A stretch of 61,566 nt of DNA from Neovahlkampfia damariscottae (lineage: Eukaryota), in contig JABLTG010000126.1 of NCBI GenBank assembly GCA_016618085.1, positions 1 to 61,566 on the forward strand, written 5' to 3'. How positions within the stretch are numbered: position 1 is the first letter of the stretch; every line of letters begins with the position of its first letter. Position numbers and translations under genes: made by a program. Below are positions 35,462 through 47,601 of this stretch, piece after piece. The notes under the pieces were generated by a model, which saw only the letters and a program-made list of their open reading frames with translations, was not told the DNA's origin and made no database searches.

Positions 35462-36520
35462 TTATTTTTTGATAATTTTTAAAAAATCTTTTGAAAGCCA
35501 TTCCTCACCTGTTTGTTCTAATTCATCAGAATTCATGAATGGAATTTTTGATTTTTTTTTGATTATTAAATCATGAACACATATTCTTCTTGAATATGCA
35601 TCAATTTGAAATTCAATATCAATTTTCTCCCAATTAATTTTATTCAAATTTTCCATCATTTCTATATCAATTTCTATTGATTCAAAATTATCTACAATAT
35701 ATTTTTGTGTTTCATTTTTTTCATATTTTGGTATTTCTTTGTTTCTATCTAATATAGTGTATCCTATTGAACCATATTCTGATGGTTTATGAGGATTATA
35801 ATGAGTTAATGCTGAACTTGAATAACCAACAGGAACATCATAATGAGAAATGGAAATGATAATCTTTGAATCAAATGAGTTTAAAGGTTCAATATATTCC
35901 TTTTCTTTACTCATTTTCAAAAGTAATTGTTCTTCATCAAATTGTCCTTTTAACAAGTCAATATTTTGATTTTTTTTTGAATTACCTAATTCGTAACCAG
36001 TTTGACCAATTATTGTCAAATACCAATCAACAGATTTACCCCAAATATAATTTAAATAACCATCTTTTGGTCTTCTTGATCCTAAATGAGGTGAACTGAG
36101 AGAAATATATTTTTTAAAATGAAATTTCTTTTGAAAATCATTTTGCCAAAGAAATTTCAAACAATTTCTTGAATAAAGACCTCCTAAAGAATGTCCAATA
36201 ATTGAAAAATTAATTTCTTTTTCAGTTTTGAAAAATTCAGATTCTTTTTCAACAAATTCCAAAATCTTTTTTTTTTTTTAGTAATTTTTGATTGTACTTC
36301 TTTTGCTAATTTTTTACCTCCTACTTCTATTCCTAAATGAGTATTGTCATTGACTTCTGATTTTAACTAATTTTTTATTATTTTGATATTTTACTGTGAT
36401 TGTTTTGTATTCTTCTATTGATAAGATAACTTTTTCAATTTCATCAAAGTCTTCTTTTTGTCCGTGGTTTCCATGAACTAAAACAAAAAAATGCACCTCT
36501 TTCACTTCAACCTCAACCAT
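35462..36520 (-). CDS. DUF676 alpha/beta hydrolase (lipase-like)
   Basis: VLVHGNHG, IGHSLGGLYSR and SPHLGSR. Confidence 0.85.
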
Positions 36521-36892
36521 CGAATTCCTCCAATCGGATTTTTCTAAACTCACCAACATAATTGTCAAAGAAATATTAAATTCAAAGAGTATTACAAAGG
36601 AAGGGCTCCAAAATTTCAGATTTATCACTCATTTTTGGTCATGTCCATGTTTTGGAAATGAATTTCAGTGTTGTATTAAAACAGAATAAAACTATCTAAA
36701 ACTTTTTGCCAATAGCCTTGTAAACAGCATTTTTTTTTGTTATTCAGAAAGAAAATCTTGAGGTATATTATACGGTCTCATCTCCTTTCGGACTTTATTT
36801 AACAGCAATCATCTGGATTAGATTAAAAAGTCTCCAAGAATAGAAAGAACAGGCTGAATACATCAAAGTAAAATTTTTAGAAAGAAGATTTA

Positions 36893-39800
36893 TTACAACA
36901 TGATTACAATAAACAAGAAAAGAGAAAGAAGAAATGAAATTGAAAATCTTGAAGCACTTCCTTTAAACAAACCATAATTGATGCTGTTGCAATCAGCTCC
37001 AGTGTACCCATAATTACATTCACAACGATTTGTTGCTTGGCATTTTCCATGACCTGAGCAAGTTGTTTTATTTAAACTTGACAAGCCAAAACATTCTGAA
37101 TTTTCACAGAAGTTACCTGAATATTCTTCATCACAACTACATTTGTTTGGTCCTAAACATTTTCCCCTGCTGTTACAAACTTTGACATCATTTGACGAAA
37201 TAGAATCACAGGCAAATATTTCACAGTCATTTCCTGCATATCCATAATTGCAAGTACATTTATCAGATGAAATACATTTTCCTCTGCTATTACATACATC
37301 AGGTGCGTTGTGTGCTTTTCCAGCACATGTAAATTTATCGCAAGTGTCTCCATTAAATCCTTTGTTACAAGTACAAATATCTGGTGCAGTGCATTTTCCA
37401 TTCCCAGAGCAAACCTTTGAAGAAGTAGAAGAAGTTCCAAAACAAATTATAGCATCACACATAGTTCCAGTATAACCAGTATTGCAATTACATTGATTTG
37501 GCCCAATACACGTTCCCTTTCCTGAGCAAACTTGTGGATCAGTTGGAAGTTTTCCATAGCAAACTTGAGTTTCACATTTATCTCCAATATAACCTTCTTT
37601 ACATTCACATTTGTCTGTGTCTACACATTTTCCATTTCCTGAACACACAGTAGCTCCAGTTGAAGATATTTCAAAACATGTGGCAACTTCGCATTCATTT
37701 CCAGAATATCCAGAATGACAACTACATTGTGCTGTTGTACAATTTCCACGTCCATTACAAACATTTAAATCATTTGGAAGTAATCCAAAACAACCAGTTT
37801 TGTCACACTTCTCTCCTGCATGATTGGCATCGCATTTACATTGATCAATACCGATACATTGGCCATTTCCTGAACAAACCGTATTGACGTTCGCAGCAAC
37901 ATTGAAACAACTTAAAATTTCACATTTTGTACCAGAAGATCCTGTTTCACATTCACACGTATCAATTCCAGTGCATTTTCCTCTTCCAGAGCATGTAGTT
38001 TTCGGATTAGAATCACCAAAACATGTTGGTAAGTCACACACAGTTCCATTGTACCCTGCATTGCATTGGCATGAATTATCTCCAATACAGATACCTCTTG
38101 AATTACAAACACCTTTTTCTGTCAATCTACATTGACTTAAATCACATTCAAGACCTCTAAAACCAGCATTACATTTGCAACTATTTGGTGAGACGCAAGT
38201 ACCTTTTCCTCCACAAACTGAGACATCTGTTGATTTTTTTCCAAAGCATGAAATAGATTCGCATTTTGTGCCAAAATAACCTGGAAAGCATGTACATACA
38301 TCAGGAGAACTGCAAATCCCATTTCCTGAACAAACATTTTTTTCGTTTCCACTAACACCAAAACAAATAGCATCCGCACAAGAAGCTCCAACATAATTCG
38401 TTTTACATTGGCAAGTATTTGGTCCAGTGCATTGTCCATTTCCAGAACAAACTGCAGGATCTGTTTTTGGTTTTCCAAAGCAATATTCTGCATCGCATTT
38501 ATCACCTCCATATCCAGCGTTACATTTACAAGTGTCTTGAGATATGCAATTGCCTTTTCCAGAACAAACAGTAGAATCAGTAGATTTTATACCATAGCAT
38601 GTAATTTCTGGAGCTTTTGACATCGAAGGAGTAGGTGACATTGTTGGAGGAGAATTTTCACATTGATTTCCAGTATATCCATTTTTACAACTACAAGTAT
38701 CGACTCCAGTACATGTACCTTGACCTGAACAAACAGTTGAATCTGTAGATCCTTTTCCAAAACAGGTAACTGTTTGGCACTGGTTTCCAGTGTATCCTGT
38801 ATTACAAGTACACTTATCAACACCAGAACAAGTTCCTTGACTTGAGCAGACAGTCGAATCAGTGGCAGCTTTACCAAAGCAATTGACGGTTTGACATTGA
38901 TTTCCTGTGTACCCAGTATTACATGAACAAGTATCTGTTGCTGTACATGTACCTTGACCAGAACAAACATTCGGATCACTCTGTGTTTTTCCAAAGCACG
39001 TTATCGGTTTTGGTGAAGGACTGGCATGAGGAATCGGTGAAGGACTTGGTTTTGGAGGTGCTGTTTCGCATTGTGTTCCAGTATATCCATTTGTGCAAGA
39101 ACATTTGTCGACTCCAGTACACGCACCTTGGCCAGAACATACAGTAGAATCAGTAGCAGCTTTACCAAAGCATTTAACGGTTTGACATTGATTTCCTGTG
39201 TACCCAGTATTACATGAACAAGTATCCGTTGCTGTACAAGATCCTTGACCAGAACATACAGTAGAATCGCTTTGTGCTTTACCAAAACAAGTGATAGGTG
39301 TTGGTGAAGGACTTGGTTGAGGAGCAATTGCTTTAACATATGGAAATTCGTTGTTATAATTTCCTCCAGGTGAATAGTTACACAAAACTGTATATCCATA
39401 CTTCACATTCGAACAGTAAAAATAAGCACATCCAACCTTAAGAGTTTTTGCCCAAACCACTTGACTTTTGAGAAAAGAATTAAGAAAAAAAAATAAATAC
39501 GTGTAATGGCCACAGACTTGGTTTGTTGCACAGCTTTTGCTGTCATAAGTATAATATACATCTTCATTAAACCAAAGTTGAACTGCGTTTCCAAAGTTTG
39601 AAACTGCTCCAGATGATCCATAAATATTTTCACCAACATAACCTGGATAGTTGTTAGATCTACCAACATTATGGTCTATTAAATTTCCACTTCCTGTGCA
39701 CGTTTCTGTGTAGTTTTGAGCAATTTCCGCAAGTGTATCGTCCCAAGTCAAATCAGGAATAGTGCCAGGTTCGGCTGGAGGATTCAAAACACTTTGTCGA

Positions 39801-39907
39801 AGGCTGTTATGTTTTGCTAGAAGTGTATCTTTTTGAGCTTGTGTTAATTGTCCATGTGTTGCAAAAAATAAAAAAACAAATAGAAAAAGAATGACAAGTG
39901 TTTTCAT
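36893..39907 (-). CDS. Secreted/surface CAP (SCP/PR-1) + tandem EGF-repeat protein
   Basis: Signal peptide, CAP motifs (HN..R, GENI, GHYTQVVW, CNYSP.GN), many CFGK...VCSG.G.C EGF repeats and a hydrophobic C-tail. 36-nt in-frame intron at 39465-39500. Confidence 0.92.
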   Translation of the reverse strand: MKTLVILFLFVFLFFATHGQLTQAQKDTLLAKHNSLRQSVLNPPAEPGTIPDLTWDDTLAEIAQNYTETCTGSGNLIDHNVGRSNNYPGYVGENIYGSSGAVSNFGNAVQLWFNEDVYYTYDSKSCATNQVCGHYTYLFFFLNSFLKSQVVWAKTLKVGCAYFYCSNVKYGYTVLCNYSPGGNYNNEFPYVKAIAPQPSPSPTPITCFGKAQSDSTVCSGQGSCTATDTCSCNTGYTGNQCQTVKCFGKAATDSTVCSGQGACTGVDKCSCTNGYTGTQCETAPPKPSPSPIPHASPSPKPITCFGKTQSDPNVCSGQGTCTATDTCSCNTGYTGNQCQTVNCFGKAATDSTVCSSQGTCSGVDKCTCNTGYTGNQCQTVTCFGKGSTDSTVCSGQGTCTGVDTCSCKNGYTGNQCENSPPTMSPTPSMSKAPEITCYGIKSTDSTVCSGKGNCISQDTCKCNAGYGGDKCDAEYCFGKPKTDPAVCSGNGQCTGPNTCQCKTNYVGASCADAICFGVSGNEKNVCSGNGICSSPDVCTCFPGYFGTKCESISCFGKKSTDVSVCGGKGTCVSPNSCKCNAGFRGLECDLSQCRLTEKGVCNSRGICIGDNSCQCNAGYNGTVCDLPTCFGDSNPKTTCSGRGKCTGIDTCECETGSSGTKCEILSCFNVAANVNTVCSGNGQCIGIDQCKCDANHAGEKCDKTGCFGLLPNDLNVCNGRGNCTTAQCSCHSGYSGNECEVATCFEISSTGATVCSGNGKCVDTDKCECKEGYIGDKCETQVCYGKLPTDPQVCSGKGTCIGPNQCNCNTGYTGTMCDAIICFGTSSTSSKVCSGNGKCTAPDICTCNKGFNGDTCDKFTCAGKAHNAPDVCNSRGKCISSDKCTCNYGYAGNDCEIFACDSISSNDVKVCNSRGKCLGPNKCSCDEEYSGNFCENSECFGLSSLNKTTCSGHGKCQATNRCECNYGYTGADCNSINYGLFKGSASRFSISFLLSLFLFIVIML

Positions 39908-40133
39908 TTTTTTGTTGGTTTGAAGAATAAACCAATAAAACCAGTTCGAAATAAATTACCCGAAAATTGTTCATACATGGTGATAGAACAAAATATTTAA
40001 CATTAGTAATTCTGAAAACTGTTATTAGAATTCTCCAATTCGGCTATTTTTTTTTCCTTATTTATCTTCCAATCATCCACATAACCAATCATGCACTACT
40101 TGAAGATCAATCAACTGAAAATTTTCCGAAAAC

Positions 40134-40666
40134 ATGAACACAACAAACAAAGTACAAAAGGAACAACTCCTTTATGAAGAAACTACACCATCTCTCGCTA
40201 CTTTCGAAGTACAAGAAGTTGGAAATGTTCGGGTTAACAACTTTTCTATCAATTTTGACACGACATACCCTCAACAACTACGAGACGTTGTAAGATTCAA
40301 TCATCATTAACTTTTAGATCACAGAAGAAGAATACAAAAAAGAAATCAAACTAATAAACAAACATTTTGCAACACTTGTACCACAAACAAATAAAATGCT
40401 TCTGGGCTTTGTTTGCTGCCCAATAAGCTTAGGAATGTCATTAATACCGACAATATACTCTCTAACATCAGTACATTAATAATCAAAATTTTAACATTTT
40501 TTGTAAGTTCGAAAAAAAAGCAAAAAAATATTTGACTTCTGTTAACACAAAATATTCAAACCGACACATAACCTGGGATTTAAAAAAAACCAAAAGATTT
40601 GATGAATATGGAATAGAATTTGTCACAAGTTGTATTGAAATCGAATACAGATTTAAAAATGTATAG
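40134..40666 (+). CDS. Erf4/Golgin-A7/CHIC-like protein
   Basis: Spliced translation gives FDTTYPQQL..ITEEEY..IKLIN, GFVCCPISLG and IEIEY. Confidence 0.6.
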
Positions 40667-40690
40667 AAATAAAAATGTAAAATTTATAAA

Positions 40691-41953
40691 TTAATCTAAT
40701 TCTGCATTATCATCTGTTAATTTATTCAAATACAAATAAGCATCAGTACCATATCCTTCTAATGGTAATAAATTCAAACTTCCACCTAAATATTTTGAAT
40801 AATTCTTTGCAATAGGTAAACCAAATCCTGCATAATGTTAAAAAACTTCTTTTTTTTACCAATTCCACATAATCCAGGTTGATATAATATATCATCCAAA
40901 GAGTCTTCATCGTATTCTGTTGTTGTGTATAAATATGTCCAAACTTTATCTAAACAACTTCTTGGAAAACCACCACCTTCATCAGAGACTTTAATGGAGA
41001 TATCATTGAATAATTCACCATCTGCAACAATAACTCTGATATTTGGTAATGGTTGATCTTTTCCATGAAATAAAACAGTTGCATGCATTGAATTCTTCAA
41101 TAGTTCAAAAACAATTTTGAATAAATGACCTGGTAAAAATGGAAATGTCAAATCTTTGATACCCTTTGTTTTTTTTTAAGTTTAAATTATTTGGTTCTTA
41201 CATGAAGTGTCACTTGTGGATAAACTGAATGATATCTTTCACATAAAAATTGTGCTTTGGCTATCGCATTCTGAATTACAACGTTTGGAGAGCAATTTTG
41301 ATCTATAATACCAACATAATTCTCATCTTCACCTGAATTATAAACATTTATATATTGACCTAACAAAACCATATAGCCAATACGACGTAAATAGAAAGCA
41401 TCGATTGATTCATGAATATCTTGAAATTCAGAAATATCTGAACCAGCAAATAAAGTATCTTTCAACTCTTTTTTCAGATGAAATAAACCTCTTTCCATAT
41501 TAGAAAAACTTGAATGTCTGTTTTTAATTTTTAAAATGAGTTTGTAAAATTCTGGTTCATTTTCAGCACTGAAATCATGTTCCAGTAATTCTTTGAAAGT
41601 TTCTACATGGATAGCTCGAATTTTTTGAATTGTTGGCATTAAACAAAATCCTGGAAAAAAAAATTATTTTTGAAGGAAAAAGTACCATAAGGAAATTGAT
41701 CAATTTGTCGAATTTGACGAGCAATTCTAATAGGAAATTCTTTATATATGAATTCTGCTAGATGAAAACGTGACCGTGTATTTCCAAAGTCGTACAATCC
41801 TTGTAAATTTAAAAGTGTAGGAGGTGTTTCTTGAGCATTATGAATTTCTTGAGCAAGGTCTGCGTCTGATATTTTTATTCCTGGATAAAACATTTTTTGT
41901 GAAGAAAGAAATGCCTTCTTCACCTTATTCAATCTTCTCAACTGTCGAAACAT
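40691..41953 (-). CDS. Pyruvate/branched-chain ketoacid dehydrogenase kinase
   Basis: EFPIRIA, FELLKNSM.AT, KVSDEGGG, YLYTT and GYGTDAY. Presequence-like N-terminus. Confidence 0.92.
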
Positions 41954-42122
41954 CACTCGCCTATTGGACCAATCAACAGTCTTCTTGAATTTATGTTTTT
42001 TCATCAAAATTTTTTTGTAATTTATTCTCTATTTTATCGATTTTTACATCGAATTTCTTTTCAAATATTATTGGTGCAAAAATCTTATTTATAGATCTTC
42101 AACTTTGAACGTCAGACCAACA

Positions 42123-43274
42123 ATGAACTACAACATCAACAACTTGACCAACTCATTTGCCTTTTTAAATGTACAACCAAACCAAATGCCAGTCAAAATT
42201 TATTTCAATAATGGAGAAATCAGACGTTTCAAAATCAATTTCCCAACAAATTTAAAACAACTTGTGCTTGAATCACTCAAACAATTACAAGAAAAAAACG
42301 TAGACACAACAAAATTCCGTCTTTTCTATGAAGACATGGATGGAGATTGGGTAAACATGGATACAGAAGAAGAATTTGTTGATGCCTTGAATAACTCTTT
42401 AGGACCAGCTTTAAAATTAAAAGTTGACCGTAAGAAAATAAAAACAACTAAAAAAAAGTTTTACAATTTGAAAAAAAACAAGAAGTTAAAAAAGAAGAAT
42501 TCATTCAACCACAAAAACCAGAAGAAAAACAAACAGAACCTCATGTGGGTATTTGTTGTGATAGTTGTCATAAACAAAACTTTTTTGGAAAAAGATATCA
42601 ATGTCTATCATGCTCAGATTATGATTTATGTGAATCATGTTTTCCAAGCAGAGATACATTTCATGCTAAAAATCATCCTTTCAAATTGGTGAATTTTTTT
42701 CCATTTATTTTTAATTTTTTTAGATTAATAAACCAGCTGAAGTTGTAAAACAACCAGAATTGATTCCTATAAAACCTGTTTTGGAACCAGTTGAACCACA
42801 TACTGGTATTGCTTGTGATAATTGCAAAAAACAAAATTTCACAGGAAAAAGATTTCAATGTACACAATGTGATGATTTTGATTTATGTGAAGATTGTTTT
42901 CCAAAAAGATCAAACTTTCATTCAAACAATCATCCATTCAAATTAGTAAAAAAAAAAAAAAAAAACTGACATTTTTTTAGATTGCAAAACCGATTAAAGT
43001 CAATCCTATACAACCTATTAAACCAGTTGAACCGATTGAAGTTCACAAAGGAGTTGCTTGTGATAATTGTTCAAAGCAAAACTTCACTGGAAGAAGATAC
43101 AAATGTTTAACTTGTTCAGATTATGATTTATGTGAAAGTTGTTATCAAATCAGATTTCAATTCCACACTCAATTTCATCAATTTAAAAGAATTCTTGTTG
43201 GAGAACCTGAAATTCCAATTCAAAAACCAATTTATCCTGTTCCACAAAACTTTCCAAAAAATATCAAAAGATAA
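42123..43274 (+). CDS. PB1 + three ZZ zinc fingers (p62/NBR1-like)
   Basis: PB1 (EIRRF, YEDMDGDWV) and three H.G..CD.C...G.RY.C..C.DYDLC repeats. Confidence 0.85.
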
Positions 43275-43364
43275 ATAAAAAAATTCTTTTTAAAAATTGT
43301 TGGATTTGGTTCTAAATACTTCTGTCCAATAGTGTTGTTTCTTCAAGTTCGAAAAATAAAATCA

Positions 43365-44239
43365 ATGAGTTTTCGTCCAAACCCAAACAAACAACAAATC
43401 TCTTTTCAACAAGGAAAACAAATGACTCAAAGATTACCAGTGAAAGTATTTTTCAAATCAGAAACTAGACGATTTGAAACAACAGCTCCATATTCATTTC
43501 AAAAAATTTTAACAGAAGTTTTTCAAGTTCTTATCAATAAGTCAATCATCAAAAAACAATTTATCGTAAAATATTTAGATGATGATAAGGATTGGGTTAA
43601 TTGTGATACAGAAAAAGAATTCCAAGAGGCTTTAAAAAGAACACCACAAGGATTAATCCTTCAAATCACTTGTAAGTTATAAATTTCATGTTAATCATTT
43701 TAAAAGTTATTGAAGACGAAAAATTGGAAGAAAATGTCAAAACTTCATTCAAAACAGAAAAAGATGCTTCTATTGTTTCGTCTCCAAAAGTTGAAAAAAA
43801 AAATTCATTTCAACAACCAAAACAATCACAAAATCACCAACCTGTTCAACAACAACAAAATGTCACATTTAATCAAAATTCTTCAACAAACTTTCAACCA
43901 TTTTTACAAAATCAAAATTCATCATCTCAATCATTTAGTCAAAGTAGATTATCACCATCAAATTCAAATTCTTTTCAAGTTGTAAATAATACACATAATG
44001 GAGAATATTCCCAACAACCTCAATCATTTTCTGTAAACTCAAGCAACAACATTCAAAACCCATTTGTAAAACAAAGTCCAGTAATTCAAACAAAAAGTTG
44101 CTCTCATTGTTCTGTTAATCTTGATATTAACAGATATGAATGTATAAATTGTCCAAGACCTTTTTATCTTTGTGAAACGTGTTTCAGTCTAAGATCAGAA
44201 ATTCATCCTTCTCATCTTTTTCAAAAAAAGTCAAAATAA
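43365..44239 (+). CDS. PB1 + ZZ protein, tandem paralog
   Basis: ETRRF, YLDDDKDWV, a Q/S/N-rich linker and CSHC...RYECINC...LCETC. Confidence 0.8.
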
Positions 44240-44324
44240 ATGATTCTCTTTTTTTTTTGAAAGTTTCAGTTTGCATTTCTAGACACATGCATGTGTCTTT
44301 TTTTTTGTTTGACTGTCCAATCAA

Positions 44325-45170
44325 ATGGTAAAATTTTCTTTTCATGATGAAGTGGAAGAGGAAGACAAAATTGTAGATTTTAGTTCTATAAACCCAAAGA
44401 AAACTAATAAACATGATGTGACAAATAAATTTTGTCAGAAAATGAGCTTGGAACAATTTGAAAGTGAAAAAGAAAAATTGACCAACTTTGAACTTACAAA
44501 ATTGTCAATAATTCATAACTCAAAATATTTTCTCTACTTTTTTTATATTTCATTCTTTTTGGAACACTTCTCAATTTTAAAAATCAATTTAATGGAAAAA
44601 CAACAATATGAACTATTTTCCGAGTTTTTAAAGAAATTAATCACTCATTTAGAATTTCAAATTTCAAATTTATTTCACTTAGAACAACTTATTCTTATTT
44701 CAAGTTTTTCTATTTCATTATTTGGAATTTATTTGTTCAACAAATTTCACAAAATTTTGACATTTATTTTCAGCTTTGAAATCTTGAATTTCATCTTTGA
44801 ATTATTTGACTTCAAACATATTTTCAACAATTTTGAACAAATTTTTGTTTTAAAAATTTTGTTAAGAATACTGTTGGCATTTTCAAGTTTAAGAATCTTC
44901 TATTTTTCATATTTTTATTTTAATTTATTTTTTAATTTAATTTTAATATTTATATTCAAAAGTTATTTCTGGGGTTTATGTTTTCTGTTTTTGATTTTTA
45001 ATTTTAAGAATAATTTGGCTTCAATTTTTGTATCATGTTTGATTGGTTCATTATTATTTTATAATTCAATGTTTTATATTTTTGGAATTAAAATATTTCC
45101 AATTTCATTTTTTTTTATTTCAATTTATTCACAAATTAATATTTATTTAATTAATAAATTATCCAATTGA
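44325..45170 (+). CDS. Multi-pass membrane protein of unknown function
   Basis: 281-aa ORF with several hydrophobic segments and a CCAAT box directly upstream. Confidence 0.5.
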   Translation: MVKFSFHDEVEEEDKIVDFSSINPKKTNKHDVTNKFCQKMSLEQFESEKEKLTNFELTKLSIIHNSKYFLYFFYISFFLEHFSILKINLMEKQQYELFSEFLKKLITHLEFQISNLFHLEQLILISSFSISLFGIYLFNKFHKILTFIFSFEILNFIFELFDFKHIFNNFEQIFVLKILLRILLAFSSLRIFYFSYFYFNLFFNLILIFIFKSYFWGLCFLFLIFNFKNNLASIFVSCLIGSLLFYNSMFYIFGIKIFPISFFFISIYSQINIYLINKLSN

Positions 45171-45888
45171 ATTTAAAATTTTTTTCATTTTTCAATCATT
45201 AAAATTAAAACAAAAGAAATGAAGATGGCATTTTGAATATCCAAAGCATCAAATGGAAAATGAATCCTATACTTTTCATTTTCTAATTTTTCAATTTTTC
45301 CTTCATTTTTACGAACTTGAAAATTAGATCATCATAAAACATTAAATACTTGAGTCTTGAATCAAAAATATATTTTGATTCCAAAATTGTCTTTCAATAT
45401 AATTTTGACATTTATTGTTTATTATTATTTCCCAGGTCGAATGAAATATTGAAAATGTTGACTTGATAGTGCCAATAGAATTTTTACATTTTTCTTGATC
45501 AAATGAAAAAACTTCAAAAACAGAATTGAAGATACTTTAAAGTTTGAGACATGAAAAAGAAATACCTATATGATTTTATGACATTCAATACTTCAATTTT
45601 CGATTCTCTCAAAAATATTCTGATGGTATAACTAAGATTCAATATACCATGATATTCTATGATTGAAATCAAATAAAAATTATTTGACATAGAAATATTA
45701 TTCACATTCTTCAATGGAAAATATTGTTCAATACTACAATAATCAAGGGTTGAAAATAGAGTGGAAAATAATTCAGAACTGGGAATAATTTTCATCTTTG
45801 ATTTTTTAAATTTTTGTGATTGGACTGGATGAACAGTCCCAATATATCGAAAAAAAGATAAACTCTTGATAATTTATTGTTTCAAAAT

Positions 45889-47428
45889 TTATCGCAATAT
45901 TGTTGAGTATTTACTTTCCCAATCTCTATTGAAGATTAATTTCAGTGTATTCATTAATTGTGGACTGTTTGCAAAAAATCCAATTCCAAATGTTTTATAG
46001 AAATAATCTTCTGAAAAATTAGAAGTTGAAATAAATAATTCATTTTCTGTGATCATATATTTTGCATGATTTACTCTCGTAAAATCGGATGCAGGATAAC
46101 CAACAGCATCTATTATATAAATTAAAATGAAATGAAAATTACCTGGCAATTCAAATAATTTGATAGTTAAAGTTCCTCCTTTGCACCATTTTGGATTATT
46201 ACAAATTTTAGAAAAACTTTGCATTGATTCCAATGCATAAATCATTTCCGGATTTGTATGATTCCATTTACTGATTAGAAGATTGACTTTTACTCCACGT
46301 AACATTGCTTCTTTTATTTCCATATCTAATTCATCCCAATAATTTTTTTCTTCACCATAAATTTCAAATGGATAAAAATCCATCACTGAAATATTAACAA
46401 ATTTTTCTGCATGATGAATTGAATGTAAGAATGATGTCAAATCCGAAGACCTTGATGGAACCTTAATCAATGGTGGTGATTGAGCTAAAAATGCTGTGAA
46501 TGAATCATTACTATTAGTTTGTGATATTTTAAAAGGATGTGATTCTGTGAAGTCAGTAGCGAATCTGATTGGATAAGATGAAGAAGGAATATTGTCCAAA
46601 TCACTTCCAAAGTATTGCCATAAATCAAATATTTTGGTTATATCTTGACCTAAACAAGGACAATGTTGAACATAAACACCTAATTCTTTCACTTGTGTGA
46701 ATGATCTCCAATCAAAATTATTAGAACCGACATAGAAATCTATTGTTTTTTAGATGAAATAAAAAGGTACCTTTTCCATCAGCAATCAGAAACTTTGAGT
46801 GTTGAACTCCACCAACAAATAATTTAGAGACATCAATATTTGAGATTGTCGAGATGATTCCATTTTTCAACATGATTTCTGTATCTTTATTTGGAAATCT
46901 CTCTAATGGTGCTTGTTGGACAACTTCGATTCTTAAATTTGGATTTTTTCTTTTTGCTTCATAAATTGATTCTAAAATTTCATTTCCTACATTTCCTCCT
47001 GCATCGTCTCTTGTATTGTTCAATGTCCAATAAAAAGCTCCAATTTTTAAATTATCTTCAGCTGAAAGTATTAATTTTTTGAAAATATCAGATGTTTTTA
47101 AAACACCTTCAGGACTTTGTAAATCAATTTGATCTGGAATTGATTCAACTAAAGAAAATTCACAAGAAGTTCCACAAGGTGTATTATTTTTGAAGATATT
47201 GTCAATTTCAGCAAATAAAATTATTGAAGCGACAGATGCAACTAATACTCCTATAATTAGAATTACTAAAACACAAAACAGAATTCCTTGTCCAATTAGG
47301 GCTAGTACACCTTGATTTTTCTCTGATTTTTCTAATTTTGTTTTACTTCTTTTTTTTACGTGTGGCAATAATTGATTGTCCTCTAATTCTTCATCTTTGT
47401 TGGAGTTGTTGGCTGTTTCAACATCCAT
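45889..47428 (-). CDS. PLD3/PLD4-like phospholipase D family protein
   Basis: TM anchor, LVESIP, HSKFLIAD, DWRSFTQVKELG and VNHAKYMITE. Confidence 0.92.
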
Positions 47429-47601
47429 TTTAGAAGAAAGAATAAACCAATCAAAAACATATTTCCAATTTTGAATTAGAGTAGGCTATTTGAGAGAGTT
47501 TTGATGAATTTTTGAAATTCATGAAAGAATTTATCAAAAACTATCAACTAAAATGATCTTCAAAGTCATTTATTTCAATCATAAATAAGGAATAAAATTG
47601 A

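Noticed and set aside
37153..39669. Many short alternative-frame and antisense ORFs within the EGF gene (likewise within PRP8 and PABP)
   Set aside because: They are shadows of biased codon usage in real genes and carry no motifs.
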